Notes under the pieces: model-generated
Seen by the model: only the letters and a program-made list of their open reading frames with translations
What the model was told of the DNA's origin: nothing
Database searches by the model: none
DNA from: a virus
Lineage: Duplodnaviria; Caudoviricetes
Virus record (IMG/VR): IMGVR_UViG_3300033463_000099
Span: 5,878 to 69,877 of that record
DNA: 64,000 bases
Direction: 5' to 3' (one strand)
In this document: positions 29,301 through 38,479 of the stretch, one piece after another
How the letters are laid out: the number at the start of each line of letters is the position of its first letter
Numbering within the stretch: the stretch's first letter is position 1
Made by a program: the position numbers and the translations under genes

Positions 29301-32300
29301 TGCCGCGCAATCCACAGGGCTCTTGCCGCCGCAGGGCTGAAAGGCGGGCGGTTCCTGGAAACGTCCGCCGGCATCGGCAACCTCATCGGCACGGGCGAAT
29401 ACACGAACCCGCGCTGGACGGCGGTTGAGATCGACAAGGTTTCCGGCCAGATACTGAAAGCGCTCTACCCCAAGGCGCATGTGCAGATTTCCGGCTTCGA
29501 GGACGTGCTCATCCCCGACAACTTCATGGATGCCGTCGTGTCGAACGTGCCTTTCGGGACTTCCTACCCGTTCGACCCGAACTACAAGAAGTACGGTTTC
29601 GTGATTCACGACTTCTTCTTTGCCAAGGCCATCGACAAGCTGCACCCCGGCGGCGTGGCGGCGCTCATCACCGACCCCGGAACGCTCGACAAGAAGGACA
29701 AGAAGCTCATCCGCTACCTGTCCGAGAACGGCGGCAAGATCGTAGGCGCGGTGCGTCTGCCAAACGGCTTCTTCACCAAGAACGCCGGCACGGACGTTGC
29801 AACCGACGTGGTGTTCATCCAGAAGGTTGACGGCAAGGCCGACAACAGCGCGTTCATGCGCACGGAAGAGGTGAGGGGTTGCCCCGTGTCCGGGTGGTTC
29901 CTCGACCATCCCGAACTGTGCCTTGGAGAAATGCAGGTCGGTACGAGCCAGTACGGGCCGAAGATGCAGTACAGGGCGAAGCGCGTTTCCGACGCGGACA
30001 TGGAAGCGGCCATATCCAAGGCGGCGGAGGGGCTTGAATTCAAGACCGTGGGCGAACTCGAACAGCCTGCGCCGACGGTGCTTCCGGGCTTCCACAACGG
30101 ATTGCAGAACGGCAACGTCGGCGTTGTGTACCACGAAGGCAAGCACCGCATCGTCCGCCAGATCAACGGCGAGTTGCAGGAAGTTCCGGCAACGGAGATT
30201 CCCGCGCTGACGAAGCCGCTCCTAAAGAGGCTCGTCACGCCGGACAAGATCGTACAGGGCATCGAAAACCTGCGCAACGCGTTCCGTGCGCTTGTGGACG
30301 GCCAGCTTGCCGACTGCTCGGACGAGGAACTCAAGAAGCTACAGGACGACCTGAACCGCGAGTATTCCACCTTCACGTCGAGGTACGGCGCTCTCCACAC
30401 GCCGCTCATGGAGAAGTTCATCGGCCTGGACTACGCCGCCGCTCCGCTCCTTCTCGGCATGGAGATCGACGAGAAGATCAACGACGGCGTGGACGCCAAG
30501 GGCAAGCCGCGCATACGGCACGTCTATTCCAAGGCAGACATCTTCACCAAGCGGACGATCTTCGCCAAGCCTAGAGCGACCAAGGCCGACAGCGTTCTTG
30601 ACGGACTGCGAATCTCCCTCAACGAGACCGGCACCGTCAACACGGCGCGAATCGCGGAGCTGACCGGCAAGCCGGAAGAGGACGTGCGCAAGGAACTCAT
30701 CGAGTCCGGGCGCGTTTTCGTGAACCCCGAGACGAGCGGCGTAGAGACGCGCGACGAATACCTTTCCGGCTCCGTACGCAGGAAGCTCAAGGCGGCAAAG
30801 GCCGCTGCGGAGATCGACTCGTCCTTCAAGGTGAACGTGGAAGCGCTGGAGAAGGTGCAGCCGGAGGACGTTGCGGCGACCGACATTTCCTACCAGCTCG
30901 GCCAGAACTGGATTCCGATAGACACCTACGAGCAGTTTTTCCGCGAAGTGGTGTTCCAGGGGACATCGCCGCGCCTGCGCGTCTCGTTCGACACGCGGCG
31001 CCACCTGTGGGAAATCGACTCCAGGCACCAGGGCACGACGGAGTACGACGAGGAATCCGGACTTGCGATCGAGGATTTGCTTGAGCGCACGATGAACGGG
31101 AAATCCGTTGTCGTGAAGACCTTCGGGCCGGACGGCGAGGCTATCGTAGATCAGGCCGCCACGACCGCAACGAAGATCGTGCAGGAGAAGATCGCCCGTT
31201 CCTTCCAGTCGTGGATGACGGACGACATCGACCGCGCAAACCGCATCGAGCGCATCTACAACGACACGATGAACGACAACGTGATGCGCGACTTCGACGT
31301 GGACATACTGGAGTTCTACGGGCTGTCGAAGGAATGGGCCGACCGCGTGGGCACGAAGGGCCGCGAATACCAGAAGCGGTGCATCGCTCGCGGCACGTTC
31401 GGCGGCAACCTGCTGATCGCGCATTGCGTGGGCGCCGGCAAGACCTTTGAAATGGCGTCCATCTGCATGCAGCTCCGCCGTCTGGGGATTGCCCGCAAGC
31501 CGCTCTTCGCGGTCCCAAACCACATGCTTGCGCAGTGGAACCGCGAATTCCACGAAGCCTATCCGGGCGCGAAGGTGCTTGTGGCCACCAAGAAGGACTT
31601 GGAGAAGAGCAACCGCAGGGCGTTCCTCGCCCGCGCAGCGAATGGCGATTGGGATTGCATCATCGTGGCCCATTCGTCCTTCTCCCGCATCGCCATGTCG
31701 CCCGAACACCAGGCCGAGTACATCGAGGCGGAGATTGCCGACCTCCAAGACCTGCTCCACCAGGTGCAGAGCCAGAAGGAGCAGAACAAGATCAAGAAGC
31801 AGATTCAGTCCCGCAAGGACAAGCTGCGCGCGCTTCTCGACCCTTCGCACAAGGACGACAGCATCAAGTTCGAGGAATTGGGCTGCGACTACCTCTTCAT
31901 CGACGAGGCGCACAACTTCAAGGGGCTTGACATCCACACGCACATGTCGAACGTTCCGGGCGTGACCGGCTCCGTGTCGCAGAGGGCGCAGGACCTTGAA
32001 ATGAAGTGCCGCTACATCGCGAAGATGCACGGCGGCGACAAGGGCGTAGTGTTCGCCACGGGCACGCCGATATCCAACTCCGTGAGCGAAATGTACGTCA
32101 TGATGCGCTATCTCGCCCCGTCCAAGATGGATGAAATGGGCGTGCGCGGATTCGACGATTGGGCGCGCCAGTTCGGACAGGTGGTGAACGAGTGGAGCCC
32201 GAATCCGTCCGGCGTCGGCTTCCGCGAAAAGGCGCGGTTCTCGCAGTTTGAGAACGTGCCGGAAATGAAAAAGTTTTTCCGCTCGTTCGCAGACATCGTT

Positions 32301-35300
32301 CTGGACTCGGAGTTGCAGATCAAGCGTCCGAAGATGATTGGCGGCAAGCCGATACAGCACATCATCAAGCCGTCTGCCGCGCAGGTGGCATACGTCCAGG
32401 CGCTGAACCGGCGCATGGAGCTGATGCAGACATCGAAGGTTGACCCGCGCGTAGATAACATGCTGAAAGTCACGACCGAAGGGCGGCTTCTCGCCATCGA
32501 CCCCATGCTCATCGGCGTGAAGGATGACAGCCACACACGGGCGAACACCTGTGCAGACGAGGTGAAGCGCATCTACGACCAGTCCACGGGCAAGACCGTG
32601 ACGGGGCGGAATGGCCAGCAGATGCAGATCAACGGAACGCAGCTCATCTTCTGTGATTCTGGCGTGCCGAAGAAAAAGCAGTTCAAGCAGCTCGTCAGGA
32701 CGGCGGACGGCAACTATGAGATCGCAAGCGGCAAGGTCATACTCCGCGTTTACAAGCCAGACGCGGACGGCAACCGCTTCTACGAGATTCTACGCGGCGA
32801 TACCGGCGAGCGGATTTGGGTCCCGCACGGCTCAAAGGGCGTGACAGACCATTCGGCGGACGGCGTGGAGGATTTGGCGTCGGTTTACACTGCGCTTGAA
32901 AACATGCAGAACGCCCTTGCTGGTTTGAAAAATCCAGAAACGGCGCAGGCCCGTTCAATAGCGCGTGACATGAAGAGCTGGAGAATGGCCCCGAAGCCGA
33001 AGGGAATGCCCGTTGACATCAACGCATGGATAGACGAGAACGCCGGCCGCATAGGGTACGACCCGCGTCTTACGAATCCGTATGCCATGCGGCAGGCGGA
33101 ACTTGACGAGACGGAGGAAGCGGAGGCGGATGACGATCGCGACATGTCCGAAGAGGCGAACGGCGACGCTGAGGTTGACGACATGCTGCGCGGCAAGTTC
33201 AACATGTACGCCGAGCTGCGGAACCAGCTCATACGGCGCGGAATCCCCAAGGAAGAGATAGCCTTTATCCACGACGCCGAGACGATGAGCCAGAAACAGG
33301 CGCTCTTCGACCGGGTGAAGCGCGGCGAAATCCGCATCCTCATCGGCAACACGGCGAAGATGGGCGAGGGAACGAACGTCCAAGACCTGCTCGTTGCGAT
33401 ACACCACCTCGACATTCCGTGGAAGCCCGCGTGGATGACGCAGCGTGACGGACGCGGAATCCGCTCCGGCAACCTCAACGACGAGATCGGCATCCACACC
33501 TACATCACCGAGGGAACCTTTGACGTGTATTCGTGGGACACGGTGGGCCGCAAGGCAAAGTTCATCGAGAACGCCATGAACAGCCGCATGGACCAGCGCG
33601 TAATCGAGGACGTGGACACCACCGTAATGTCCCTGGAAGAGGGCAAGGCGGCGGCGGCCGGCGACCCTCGCATACTGGAGCGCGTCAAGCTCATCAAGGC
33701 CATAGAGAAAGCGCAGATGGAGTTTGAGACGCAGGTAAAGGCGTCCGACCGCGCGGCGATGCGCGTGCGCGTGGCCGAAAGAGACCTCATGGAAGCGAGC
33801 AAGCGCGTCTCGTCCGAGCGGGAGGCCATCGAGAAGTACACCAAGGCGAAGGGCGACAAGCCTTTCACATGGACGACCATCGAGGAAAACCCGCGCGAGC
33901 TCACCGAGAACGAAGCGATCACGCACTACATCCAGGAGCGGCTTGGATTCTTCGCGGCGAAGGGTTCCGACGCTGGAATGGTCGGCCAGCTCTTCGGGTT
34001 CGACGTGCGCTACGAGCGCGGCACCGGCACGGACCGCAGCGCGTACATGACGATAAAGGAACTCGGCATCAAGTTCCCCGTCACCGTGTTCCAGGGCGTA
34101 GGCGCGGCGTTTCCGCCGTCAGACCTCTCCAAGTTCAAGTCAGAGATCACGCGCGCCACCGGAGCAAAGGCGCTGGAGTTCCTCGACAGGTACGTTGACG
34201 ACTTCCAGAAGCGGCTTGCCATCGCGCAGAAGGCCGCAGAGAACGCGGCGGGATTCGACCGAGAGACGGCGAGCAGGGGCATCGGGGAAATGAACGTCAA
34301 CCTTGCGCGGCTGAACGACGCGCTTGGCATCAACGATACGAACGTCCGCAAAATGGCCGATGCGTTCCTCAAGGTGCAGGGATTGCCGCCGATCACGCCG
34401 GAGAAGAACGAGGGCGGGGCCGTGGCGGTCCCCGAACAGGAGGCCGCCATGTCCAGCTACGTCATGGACAACCTTTCCGACATCGCGGACGAGGCGGGCG
34501 TCTCGCTGAACGTTTACGACGTTTCCGTTGACATGTCGGAAGAGGACAGCATGAAGGTGTCCATCACGACGGACGAGGAAAGCGACAACGACGCCGCCAA
34601 GGTCCTCGGCATCATCGAGGACAGGATACTCGAATACGCCGACGCCGCCACGATCTCGGGAATGACGGTGGACTGGCTCGCTTCCGACCAGAAGAAGCGG
34701 GTGAACCTTCTCATCCAGAAGCTGCCCGGAATCACGGACATGCTGAAAGCCATGACTTCCATAAACGTGGAGGCCAAGGAAACCACGAACGCGATCGAGG
34801 ACAACTCCGGCGCGGAATTCGCAACCCCGGAACTCGACCCGACGGCAAAGCGGCTCGGCATCACAAAGCGCGACCTCGAACAGCAGGCGCGCCACCTCGG
34901 GCGTGTGCCGTGGCGTCCTCGCAAGAAGACGTGGGCGGAGGTGTATCAGCGTTCGGAAGCGGCGCTCAACCAGACGGACTTCATCGAGGAACTTGTGGAG
35001 GACGCGGCGAAGTACGCCCGTCCGCTGTCTGCGGAACACACGATTGCCGTAGGCCAGCACCTTCTGATGCTCGGCAAGCAGTACGAAGAGATACGCACCC
35101 TGCGTCTCGACGCGGAGTATTCGCTTGTGGAAGCGCAGCGGGAGGGGGCGAGCACGGACGATCTCGCCGCAATCGAAGAGCAGATAAAGGAGGTCAAGAA
35201 GGCGGAAGCCGCGATCTCCAAGCGGTATGCTACGGCATACAGGGCGATGCGCATGAGCAAGGCGGAGCAGGGCCGTGGCCTCGCCGCGAACAAGGCGCAG

Positions 35301-38264
35301 TTCTCGGAGGAATTCGACTTCCTCGGCATGAAGGAAGCCCGCCAGTCCGCTCTTGGGCGCGATCTGACGCCGGAGGAACTACGCCAGCTTCACGACATCT
35401 GCGACCGCGCGAGAGACCTTGACGAAAGCGCACGCTCCGAACTGTGGGCCGCCGTAAACGCGCAGGCGGAACGGACGATCAAGGACCTGTTCATGAAGGA
35501 TTCCGTCAAGCGGTCGGGCGAATCGCGGCGGAAGAAGCTCGTTGACTACCGCAAGAAGTATCTCGACGCGATGGCGCATCTGAAAGTCTATCGTGACACG
35601 GTGGGCGGCTCGCTCATCGGAATCACCGGCGACGAGTACGGCACCTGGAACAAGCCGCTGTTCGACATACTCCTTTGGCACCGCTTCCAGAATCCCGACA
35701 TAACGGCGGCGCAAGCCCTTCAAGCCGTCACGGAGGACGTGAACACCTACATCGCGGCGGACGATACGACCGTGGCGCGGATTCTCACGGGATTCGAGCG
35801 CAGCTGGGACATCAACCGCCACGACGAGGTGCTAAAGGGCGGGCGCGACCTGCGTTCGCAGATTCTTACGCAGTTGCAGATCGACAGCCTGCTCAACAAG
35901 CGGATGCCCGGAAAGACGGGGCCGATTCCCGGCGAACCTTCGCAGGAGCTTCGCGACATCCGCCACACGCGCGATGTCCTCAAGAACGAGCTGGAGGAAG
36001 AGACTAACGACCCGCGCAAGCTCCAGGGCCGCATGAAGCGGTGGATGAAGTGGTACGACAACCGCATCAACGACCTGCGGCGCGAGATCGCCGCCGGCGA
36101 ACGCCTGCCGCAGACGCGGCGCACGCTCCAGTGGACGGAGGAAATGAAGCAGAAGCGCGCCGAGTACGAGGAACTTGTGGCCGAGCGCGACCGCGTATGC
36201 GGCAAGAGCGGACTTTCCGAGGAAGAGCGGATAAAGCGGTACGAGGCCACCCTTGAACGGACGCTTCGCCGCGCGGTGGACCGTCTGCAAGCGGCGCGGA
36301 ACGACGATTTCCGCAAGGCGGAACGCGCCACGCCCGTGACGAGCGAGTACATCGAGGCGTTGAAACAGGCGATTGCCGACACGAACGCGGAATGGCGCCA
36401 GGAGAAGCGCGACCGTCTCATGTTCGGGCGCACGCAGGCCGAGATCAACCGTCTCAACGAGAACCGCATGAAGACGCGCGAGCGGCGCATAGCCTACTGG
36501 CAGGCGCTGACGGCACCGACCGCCGACCGCTCCGTTGTGAAGAAGCCGCAGATTCCCATGTCCGCCGAACAGCAGGCGCGGTACGACGAACTCGGCCAGC
36601 AGATGAAGAAGCTTCGCCGTCAGGTCATGGACATGCGGGCGCACGACGAACTCATGAAGAAGCCGTGGGCAATCCGGAACGGAATAGAATACTTCCGCTT
36701 CGTGAACGGCCTTACGCGCGGGTTCCTCGCCACCGCCGACCATTCTGCGGTCCTGCGGCAGATGGCGCAACTGTCCATCGGGCATCCCGTCCTTGCCGCG
36801 CGCGTGTTCAAGAACACCATCGGGACGGCGTTCTCGGACGAAAAGGCGCTTGCGATAAACGCCGAACTCATGTCCGACCCGAGAATCAAGGAGGCCGTGG
36901 ACAAGGGCTGGCTGAACTGGCGGAACATCGAGGCGGAGGGGAACTCCGGCGACGTGGAAATGTTCTCGTCCATCCATTCGGCTGCGATCACCGTAGGACG
37001 CAACGCGGACGGTACGGAAAAGCGGTTTGCGCTGGACGACATAAAGGGTGTCGGCTCAATCCTTCGCGGCTCCGAGCGCATCTACGCCACCTACATCAAC
37101 GCGCTGTCGGCGGAGATATACCTTGCGCTCACGAACGCGGACGGCTTCACGGCTCGCCTCATGTTCGGCCAGAACGGTCTTACGGACTACACCAAGAAGG
37201 AGATCGCGGCCAGAATCAACATGGCGAACGGCTCCGCGCAGCTGGATGACGGCAAGAAGAAGCAGCTGATGAACTCGCTCACCGGAATCTTCTGGGCGCC
37301 GAAACTCGCCCTGTCCAGGTTGCAGCTCGCAACCGGATGGGACATGATACATCCTCTGCTCGACGGCTCTGTGGACATAAAGACGCGCCTGCGGACGGCA
37401 GGGTTCAACGCCATGGAACACGCGCGGGCGAAACTTGCGATGGTCGCGCTCGGCACGCTCATGCTCATGCTGGCCGGCGACGATGACGACAAGGAGAAGA
37501 TGCGCCGCGCGTCTTGGTTCAACAAGTTCTTGCAGGTGATAAAGCCGCGCGTCGGCAACACCACGCTTGACTTCTCCGGCGGCGAGGTCGGTTGGTATCA
37601 GCTCATGGCGAAGTGGGCAACGCTCCAGAAGGAAACCGGCACGGGCAAGACGCAGTATCTGGCGGCCAAGGCCGGACACAAGCAGTCCTTCGGCGCCGAC
37701 ATCATGAACGAGACGTTCCGTTTCGCGCAGGGCAAGTTCAATCCGCTGCTCTCCAACGCGATTGCGCTGTGGACGGGCAAGGATTACGTCGGCCAGCCGT
37801 TCGGCATAGGCGAAATGGCGATCAACACGTTCGTGCCGCTCGGCGCGGCTGACACGGCCAAGGCGTTCGCGGAGAATGGGCTTGGGCGCGGTCTGCTCCT
37901 GGCTCCGTTCATCACGTTCGGCGCGGGCGGCAACACCTACCCGCTGAAACGGTACGAGATCGCGGCCAACCAGTTCACGGAGGCGGCAAAGGCATACGAC
38001 ACCGTGCGGGACGATCGCGAACTTGACGCGGACGAAAAGACAAAGTACATCGAGGAACTTGAACAGGACTTCCCGGAGCTGGCGCAGCGCGGCCGCATCG
38101 AAGGGAAGATTCAGACGGTCAAGTATTTCGAGTCGCAGATCAGGAAGTTGCAGAAGGCCGGCGCGTCCGTTCCTCCGTCTCTCTCGGACGGCTTGGAACG
38201 TGCGAAAACCGAAGCTCTGGACCTCATCCGCGAGGCTCGCAAGCCTGTCGATAAAGGTAGATAA
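23301..38264 (+). CDS. Giant polyvalent DarB-like virion protein (metallopeptidase motif, ParB-like, two MTases, SNF2 helicase, LPD38-like C-terminus)
   Basis: 4,987 aa. HEIIGH at 25542-25559; TGRHR ParB-like motif at 26331-26345; DIGAG...NVLNV MTase at about 27600-28166; ETSAGIG...NVPF adenine MTase (NVPF 29544-29555); AHCVGAGKT at about 31419 and DEAH at 31902-31913; P...L.TGKDYVGQP LPD38-like tail. Confidence 0.85.
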   Translation: MASSLWGPGLTEDENETGKLAAKAMTAAAATDALDHPELSTASEEGKPKDTGADEIADLDAGVKLTDGGEVPVIDDIPEVEIPEDAEEEKMGVGEHAKKTIESELGKKPSELFQWSPGAKKLMSALGIDEDTASAVLEHTTDPARQIQQIQAFGEEKNLERLRTGDFDDKDMDEIAQNAGLRGDLEEINRITSSSMDPINEKRKFLAMTAEDELTKRTKIKQEAAADLERKPQTTWGKIASGTLENSGYVAAFMYGSSIAGGLGIGMTAAEGSGALAKIGVGAVNTMIGSAPASAVGAGARYQRLSKKDYQLDAEGQLQAIDNNYGELRSMVQGGVGGFVENTVVEGLTDTAIELGCLGLSKIPGAQAFIVKPLQRIGNAAVRKLMGNKAGRAMLQIGKAYNGISQFTHFHSQPVEMLEEDLQPIFDEVFGLDKKRGEYKGFGAEAKDYWNKTLTLANQADIFYGLVGTCLLQAGVGGAGAKWARSNQGGTTAKEAMSVLTDYANVPKEKLATLSDEEKIALCDLYRTMSANPDKMVEFAEQIGAKSGAIMEDVVNRAGARMNRKMEAAGMSPSTFNIPMKEVDGKLVPDFQFTVGTDMTTGKTVQGRMVTDAESGVIIRDNGSGVGTERAFTVIDPNTKQEVDVPNLMLARKTASLFKNTAAMTQAERAAKTEYIHNVWQQKYGNTNVELYDTVDEAIAASAKHGVDVTAQAGFTPDRPAWHLKDGTVVFVRDNINSPYEVDTLFQHEIIGHNEEAMQDEFMANLDSKEIRKAQETLGLTDEQMADPVVQREVFANVIQSRRHNPSIMQRLKHFINEKRRAAGDKTGISDADLEVLAQKWEQAAMGDAGNMKIGDSLERGGMEFRDADGKVVGIEDADIELLDEEQQEVNDETGTGTDEAPAQPEQGTQRPAEPEVAGTEEGGAQGEEAGEVVKKPVPERTVIEKMTEEAPVQELDTAEVFNDDSRIPNFKEGANPETGEVEPLQGEPYDLVSNPIVVMEFKDGKKVVVTGRHRLALYKRAGREKIAARVIREEDGWTVKDAKMIDAIGNIIDEKGSVKDYVKYYEDARPSREAAEAGGFLARPKGKLAFGIYEGATEDTRSAIDFEGSGADGMISVEQAGIIAEAAPRNGHPRNAALQRILVKKALDGLRGKKLGILARSLAEDVKKQKEPASAGGEMQLDLFSSPEDQALLAMEDKRADYRIKRAQVYGRIAEDLRIAMSKGGRLDINDEYARELGITDPKDKKQLAAARDKAVERENYWENAVRLDDADKAAMDAEIGASSKKAEEKTTAIADRLKAIREGKPKPTPKTPKNATVSAPAEKPTTTPPKATETAQGGESAESATSTSNPRQKQVDAISSVLGIPIKVIGKDGKVEADSTAAAEAAISGKKPKTETRTTKKTVVLKDAKRAEKAKGQADDLMSLFATPELDARQKQTALSGKTSRNQNPSGNEFAKKWGIFRPNTRNVDIGAGAFDKATEFLAEQGVENIPFDPVNRDSETNRRAVESVRAKPADTATVHNVLNVIDNDAVMEGIVNQAARAIKPKGTAIFTIYEGDKSGNGRATRDGYQRNARAASYVPSLKKYFGQVETHGNVILARQPKDVGPAFWAFDSTFDVGAYFASPQFDPEKFQQRVGAMAKLVTTLNEEGYNDFKSLAAYLGENFPQEKFNAAKPYLRGVWNALAEQMNLEEVSKKDADAIYSDIEKSYNTPTSEETDNESGLEQPGRTDDGQHPASDGKSPEGGRSTAQGEGTGENSSEAGEDGHGTAVHDGGDGSRQGHPVERPEVPVGALPAGGTENVGNGASGSSTVASNDGRDAQAGGRGAQGSESGVQLGAGLPADVGTGGSGTVAAPVREALQKEAPNAVKNENYIITDADERAIENGAVRDKVRQNVDAIRIVRKLAEDGRDATPEEKSKLARYVGWGGLKPIFNNAYRNAYEREQSEGTLPPQTWAAIRKTPLGEEGYDLYKQLRELLSNDEMQSAEQSTLNAFFTPIRLCRAIHRALAAAGLKGGRFLETSAGIGNLIGTGEYTNPRWTAVEIDKVSGQILKALYPKAHVQISGFEDVLIPDNFMDAVVSNVPFGTSYPFDPNYKKYGFVIHDFFFAKAIDKLHPGGVAALITDPGTLDKKDKKLIRYLSENGGKIVGAVRLPNGFFTKNAGTDVATDVVFIQKVDGKADNSAFMRTEEVRGCPVSGWFLDHPELCLGEMQVGTSQYGPKMQYRAKRVSDADMEAAISKAAEGLEFKTVGELEQPAPTVLPGFHNGLQNGNVGVVYHEGKHRIVRQINGELQEVPATEIPALTKPLLKRLVTPDKIVQGIENLRNAFRALVDGQLADCSDEELKKLQDDLNREYSTFTSRYGALHTPLMEKFIGLDYAAAPLLLGMEIDEKINDGVDAKGKPRIRHVYSKADIFTKRTIFAKPRATKADSVLDGLRISLNETGTVNTARIAELTGKPEEDVRKELIESGRVFVNPETSGVETRDEYLSGSVRRKLKAAKAAAEIDSSFKVNVEALEKVQPEDVAATDISYQLGQNWIPIDTYEQFFREVVFQGTSPRLRVSFDTRRHLWEIDSRHQGTTEYDEESGLAIEDLLERTMNGKSVVVKTFGPDGEAIVDQAATTATKIVQEKIARSFQSWMTDDIDRANRIERIYNDTMNDNVMRDFDVDILEFYGLSKEWADRVGTKGREYQKRCIARGTFGGNLLIAHCVGAGKTFEMASICMQLRRLGIARKPLFAVPNHMLAQWNREFHEAYPGAKVLVATKKDLEKSNRRAFLARAANGDWDCIIVAHSSFSRIAMSPEHQAEYIEAEIADLQDLLHQVQSQKEQNKIKKQIQSRKDKLRALLDPSHKDDSIKFEELGCDYLFIDEAHNFKGLDIHTHMSNVPGVTGSVSQRAQDLEMKCRYIAKMHGGDKGVVFATGTPISNSVSEMYVMMRYLAPSKMDEMGVRGFDDWARQFGQVVNEWSPNPSGVGFREKARFSQFENVPEMKKFFRSFADIVLDSELQIKRPKMIGGKPIQHIIKPSAAQVAYVQALNRRMELMQTSKVDPRVDNMLKVTTEGRLLAIDPMLIGVKDDSHTRANTCADEVKRIYDQSTGKTVTGRNGQQMQINGTQLIFCDSGVPKKKQFKQLVRTADGNYEIASGKVILRVYKPDADGNRFYEILRGDTGERIWVPHGSKGVTDHSADGVEDLASVYTALENMQNALAGLKNPETAQARSIARDMKSWRMAPKPKGMPVDINAWIDENAGRIGYDPRLTNPYAMRQAELDETEEAEADDDRDMSEEANGDAEVDDMLRGKFNMYAELRNQLIRRGIPKEEIAFIHDAETMSQKQALFDRVKRGEIRILIGNTAKMGEGTNVQDLLVAIHHLDIPWKPAWMTQRDGRGIRSGNLNDEIGIHTYITEGTFDVYSWDTVGRKAKFIENAMNSRMDQRVIEDVDTTVMSLEEGKAAAAGDPRILERVKLIKAIEKAQMEFETQVKASDRAAMRVRVAERDLMEASKRVSSEREAIEKYTKAKGDKPFTWTTIEENPRELTENEAITHYIQERLGFFAAKGSDAGMVGQLFGFDVRYERGTGTDRSAYMTIKELGIKFPVTVFQGVGAAFPPSDLSKFKSEITRATGAKALEFLDRYVDDFQKRLAIAQKAAENAAGFDRETASRGIGEMNVNLARLNDALGINDTNVRKMADAFLKVQGLPPITPEKNEGGAVAVPEQEAAMSSYVMDNLSDIADEAGVSLNVYDVSVDMSEEDSMKVSITTDEESDNDAAKVLGIIEDRILEYADAATISGMTVDWLASDQKKRVNLLIQKLPGITDMLKAMTSINVEAKETTNAIEDNSGAEFATPELDPTAKRLGITKRDLEQQARHLGRVPWRPRKKTWAEVYQRSEAALNQTDFIEELVEDAAKYARPLSAEHTIAVGQHLLMLGKQYEEIRTLRLDAEYSLVEAQREGASTDDLAAIEEQIKEVKKAEAAISKRYATAYRAMRMSKAEQGRGLAANKAQFSEEFDFLGMKEARQSALGRDLTPEELRQLHDICDRARDLDESARSELWAAVNAQAERTIKDLFMKDSVKRSGESRRKKLVDYRKKYLDAMAHLKVYRDTVGGSLIGITGDEYGTWNKPLFDILLWHRFQNPDITAAQALQAVTEDVNTYIAADDTTVARILTGFERSWDINRHDEVLKGGRDLRSQILTQLQIDSLLNKRMPGKTGPIPGEPSQELRDIRHTRDVLKNELEEETNDPRKLQGRMKRWMKWYDNRINDLRREIAAGERLPQTRRTLQWTEEMKQKRAEYEELVAERDRVCGKSGLSEEERIKRYEATLERTLRRAVDRLQAARNDDFRKAERATPVTSEYIEALKQAIADTNAEWRQEKRDRLMFGRTQAEINRLNENRMKTRERRIAYWQALTAPTADRSVVKKPQIPMSAEQQARYDELGQQMKKLRRQVMDMRAHDELMKKPWAIRNGIEYFRFVNGLTRGFLATADHSAVLRQMAQLSIGHPVLAARVFKNTIGTAFSDEKALAINAELMSDPRIKEAVDKGWLNWRNIEAEGNSGDVEMFSSIHSAAITVGRNADGTEKRFALDDIKGVGSILRGSERIYATYINALSAEIYLALTNADGFTARLMFGQNGLTDYTKKEIAARINMANGSAQLDDGKKKQLMNSLTGIFWAPKLALSRLQLATGWDMIHPLLDGSVDIKTRLRTAGFNAMEHARAKLAMVALGTLMLMLAGDDDDKEKMRRASWFNKFLQVIKPRVGNTTLDFSGGEVGWYQLMAKWATLQKETGTGKTQYLAAKAGHKQSFGADIMNETFRFAQGKFNPLLSNAIALWTGKDYVGQPFGIGEMAINTFVPLGAADTAKAFAENGLGRGLLLAPFITFGAGGNTYPLKRYEIAANQFTEAAKAYDTVRDDRELDADEKTKYIEELEQDFPELAQRGRIEGKIQTVKYFESQIRKLQKAGASVPPSLSDGLERAKTEALDLIREARKPVDKGR

Positions 38265-38265
38265 A

Positions 38266-38401
38266 CTGACTGCCTTTCCGCAAGATTGCCGCATAGAATA
38301 TGGCTCGGTTCTGTCATATTTCTATGCGGTTTTGACATACTGTTATTAAACTACCCCTGTCTGACTGCCTGTTATATGTCAAATAAACAGGCTAAAACCG
38401 C
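38266..38401. other. Candidate attP region
   Basis: AT-rich gap upstream of int. Direct repeat CTGACTGCCT at 38266 and 38361; imperfect inverted repeat GCCTGTTAT-atgtcaa-ATAAACAGGC (38367-38392) around a 7-nt spacer; IR TTTGACATA/TATGTCAAA. Confidence 0.4.
38289..38334 (+). terminator. Intrinsic terminator of the late operon
   Basis: CCGCATAGAA-TATG...CATA-T-TTCTATGCGG hairpin followed by TTTT. Confidence 0.5.
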
Positions 38402-38427
38402 ACAAATAGTATCACATATAGCCGATA

Positions 38428-38456
38428 TTGATTCTGTAATTGTTATTTGGTATAAT
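38428..38456 (+). promoter_or_regulatory. int promoter P1 (extended -10)
   Basis: TTGATT-N17-TATAAT preceded by TGG; the palindrome TGGTAT-A-ATACCA (38448-38460) overlaps the -10. Confidence 0.65.
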
Positions 38457-38479
38457 ACCATGCAACAGCAATTTTCGTG

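Noticed and set aside
30339-32534. 731-aa minus-strand ORF opposite the SNF2 region
   Set aside because: Same shadow effect; the + strand carries clear helicase motifs.
23301-38264. Intein in the giant protein or helicases
   Set aside because: No C/S...HN-C/S/T splice junctions or LAGLIDADG motifs found; the SNF2 insert lacks them.
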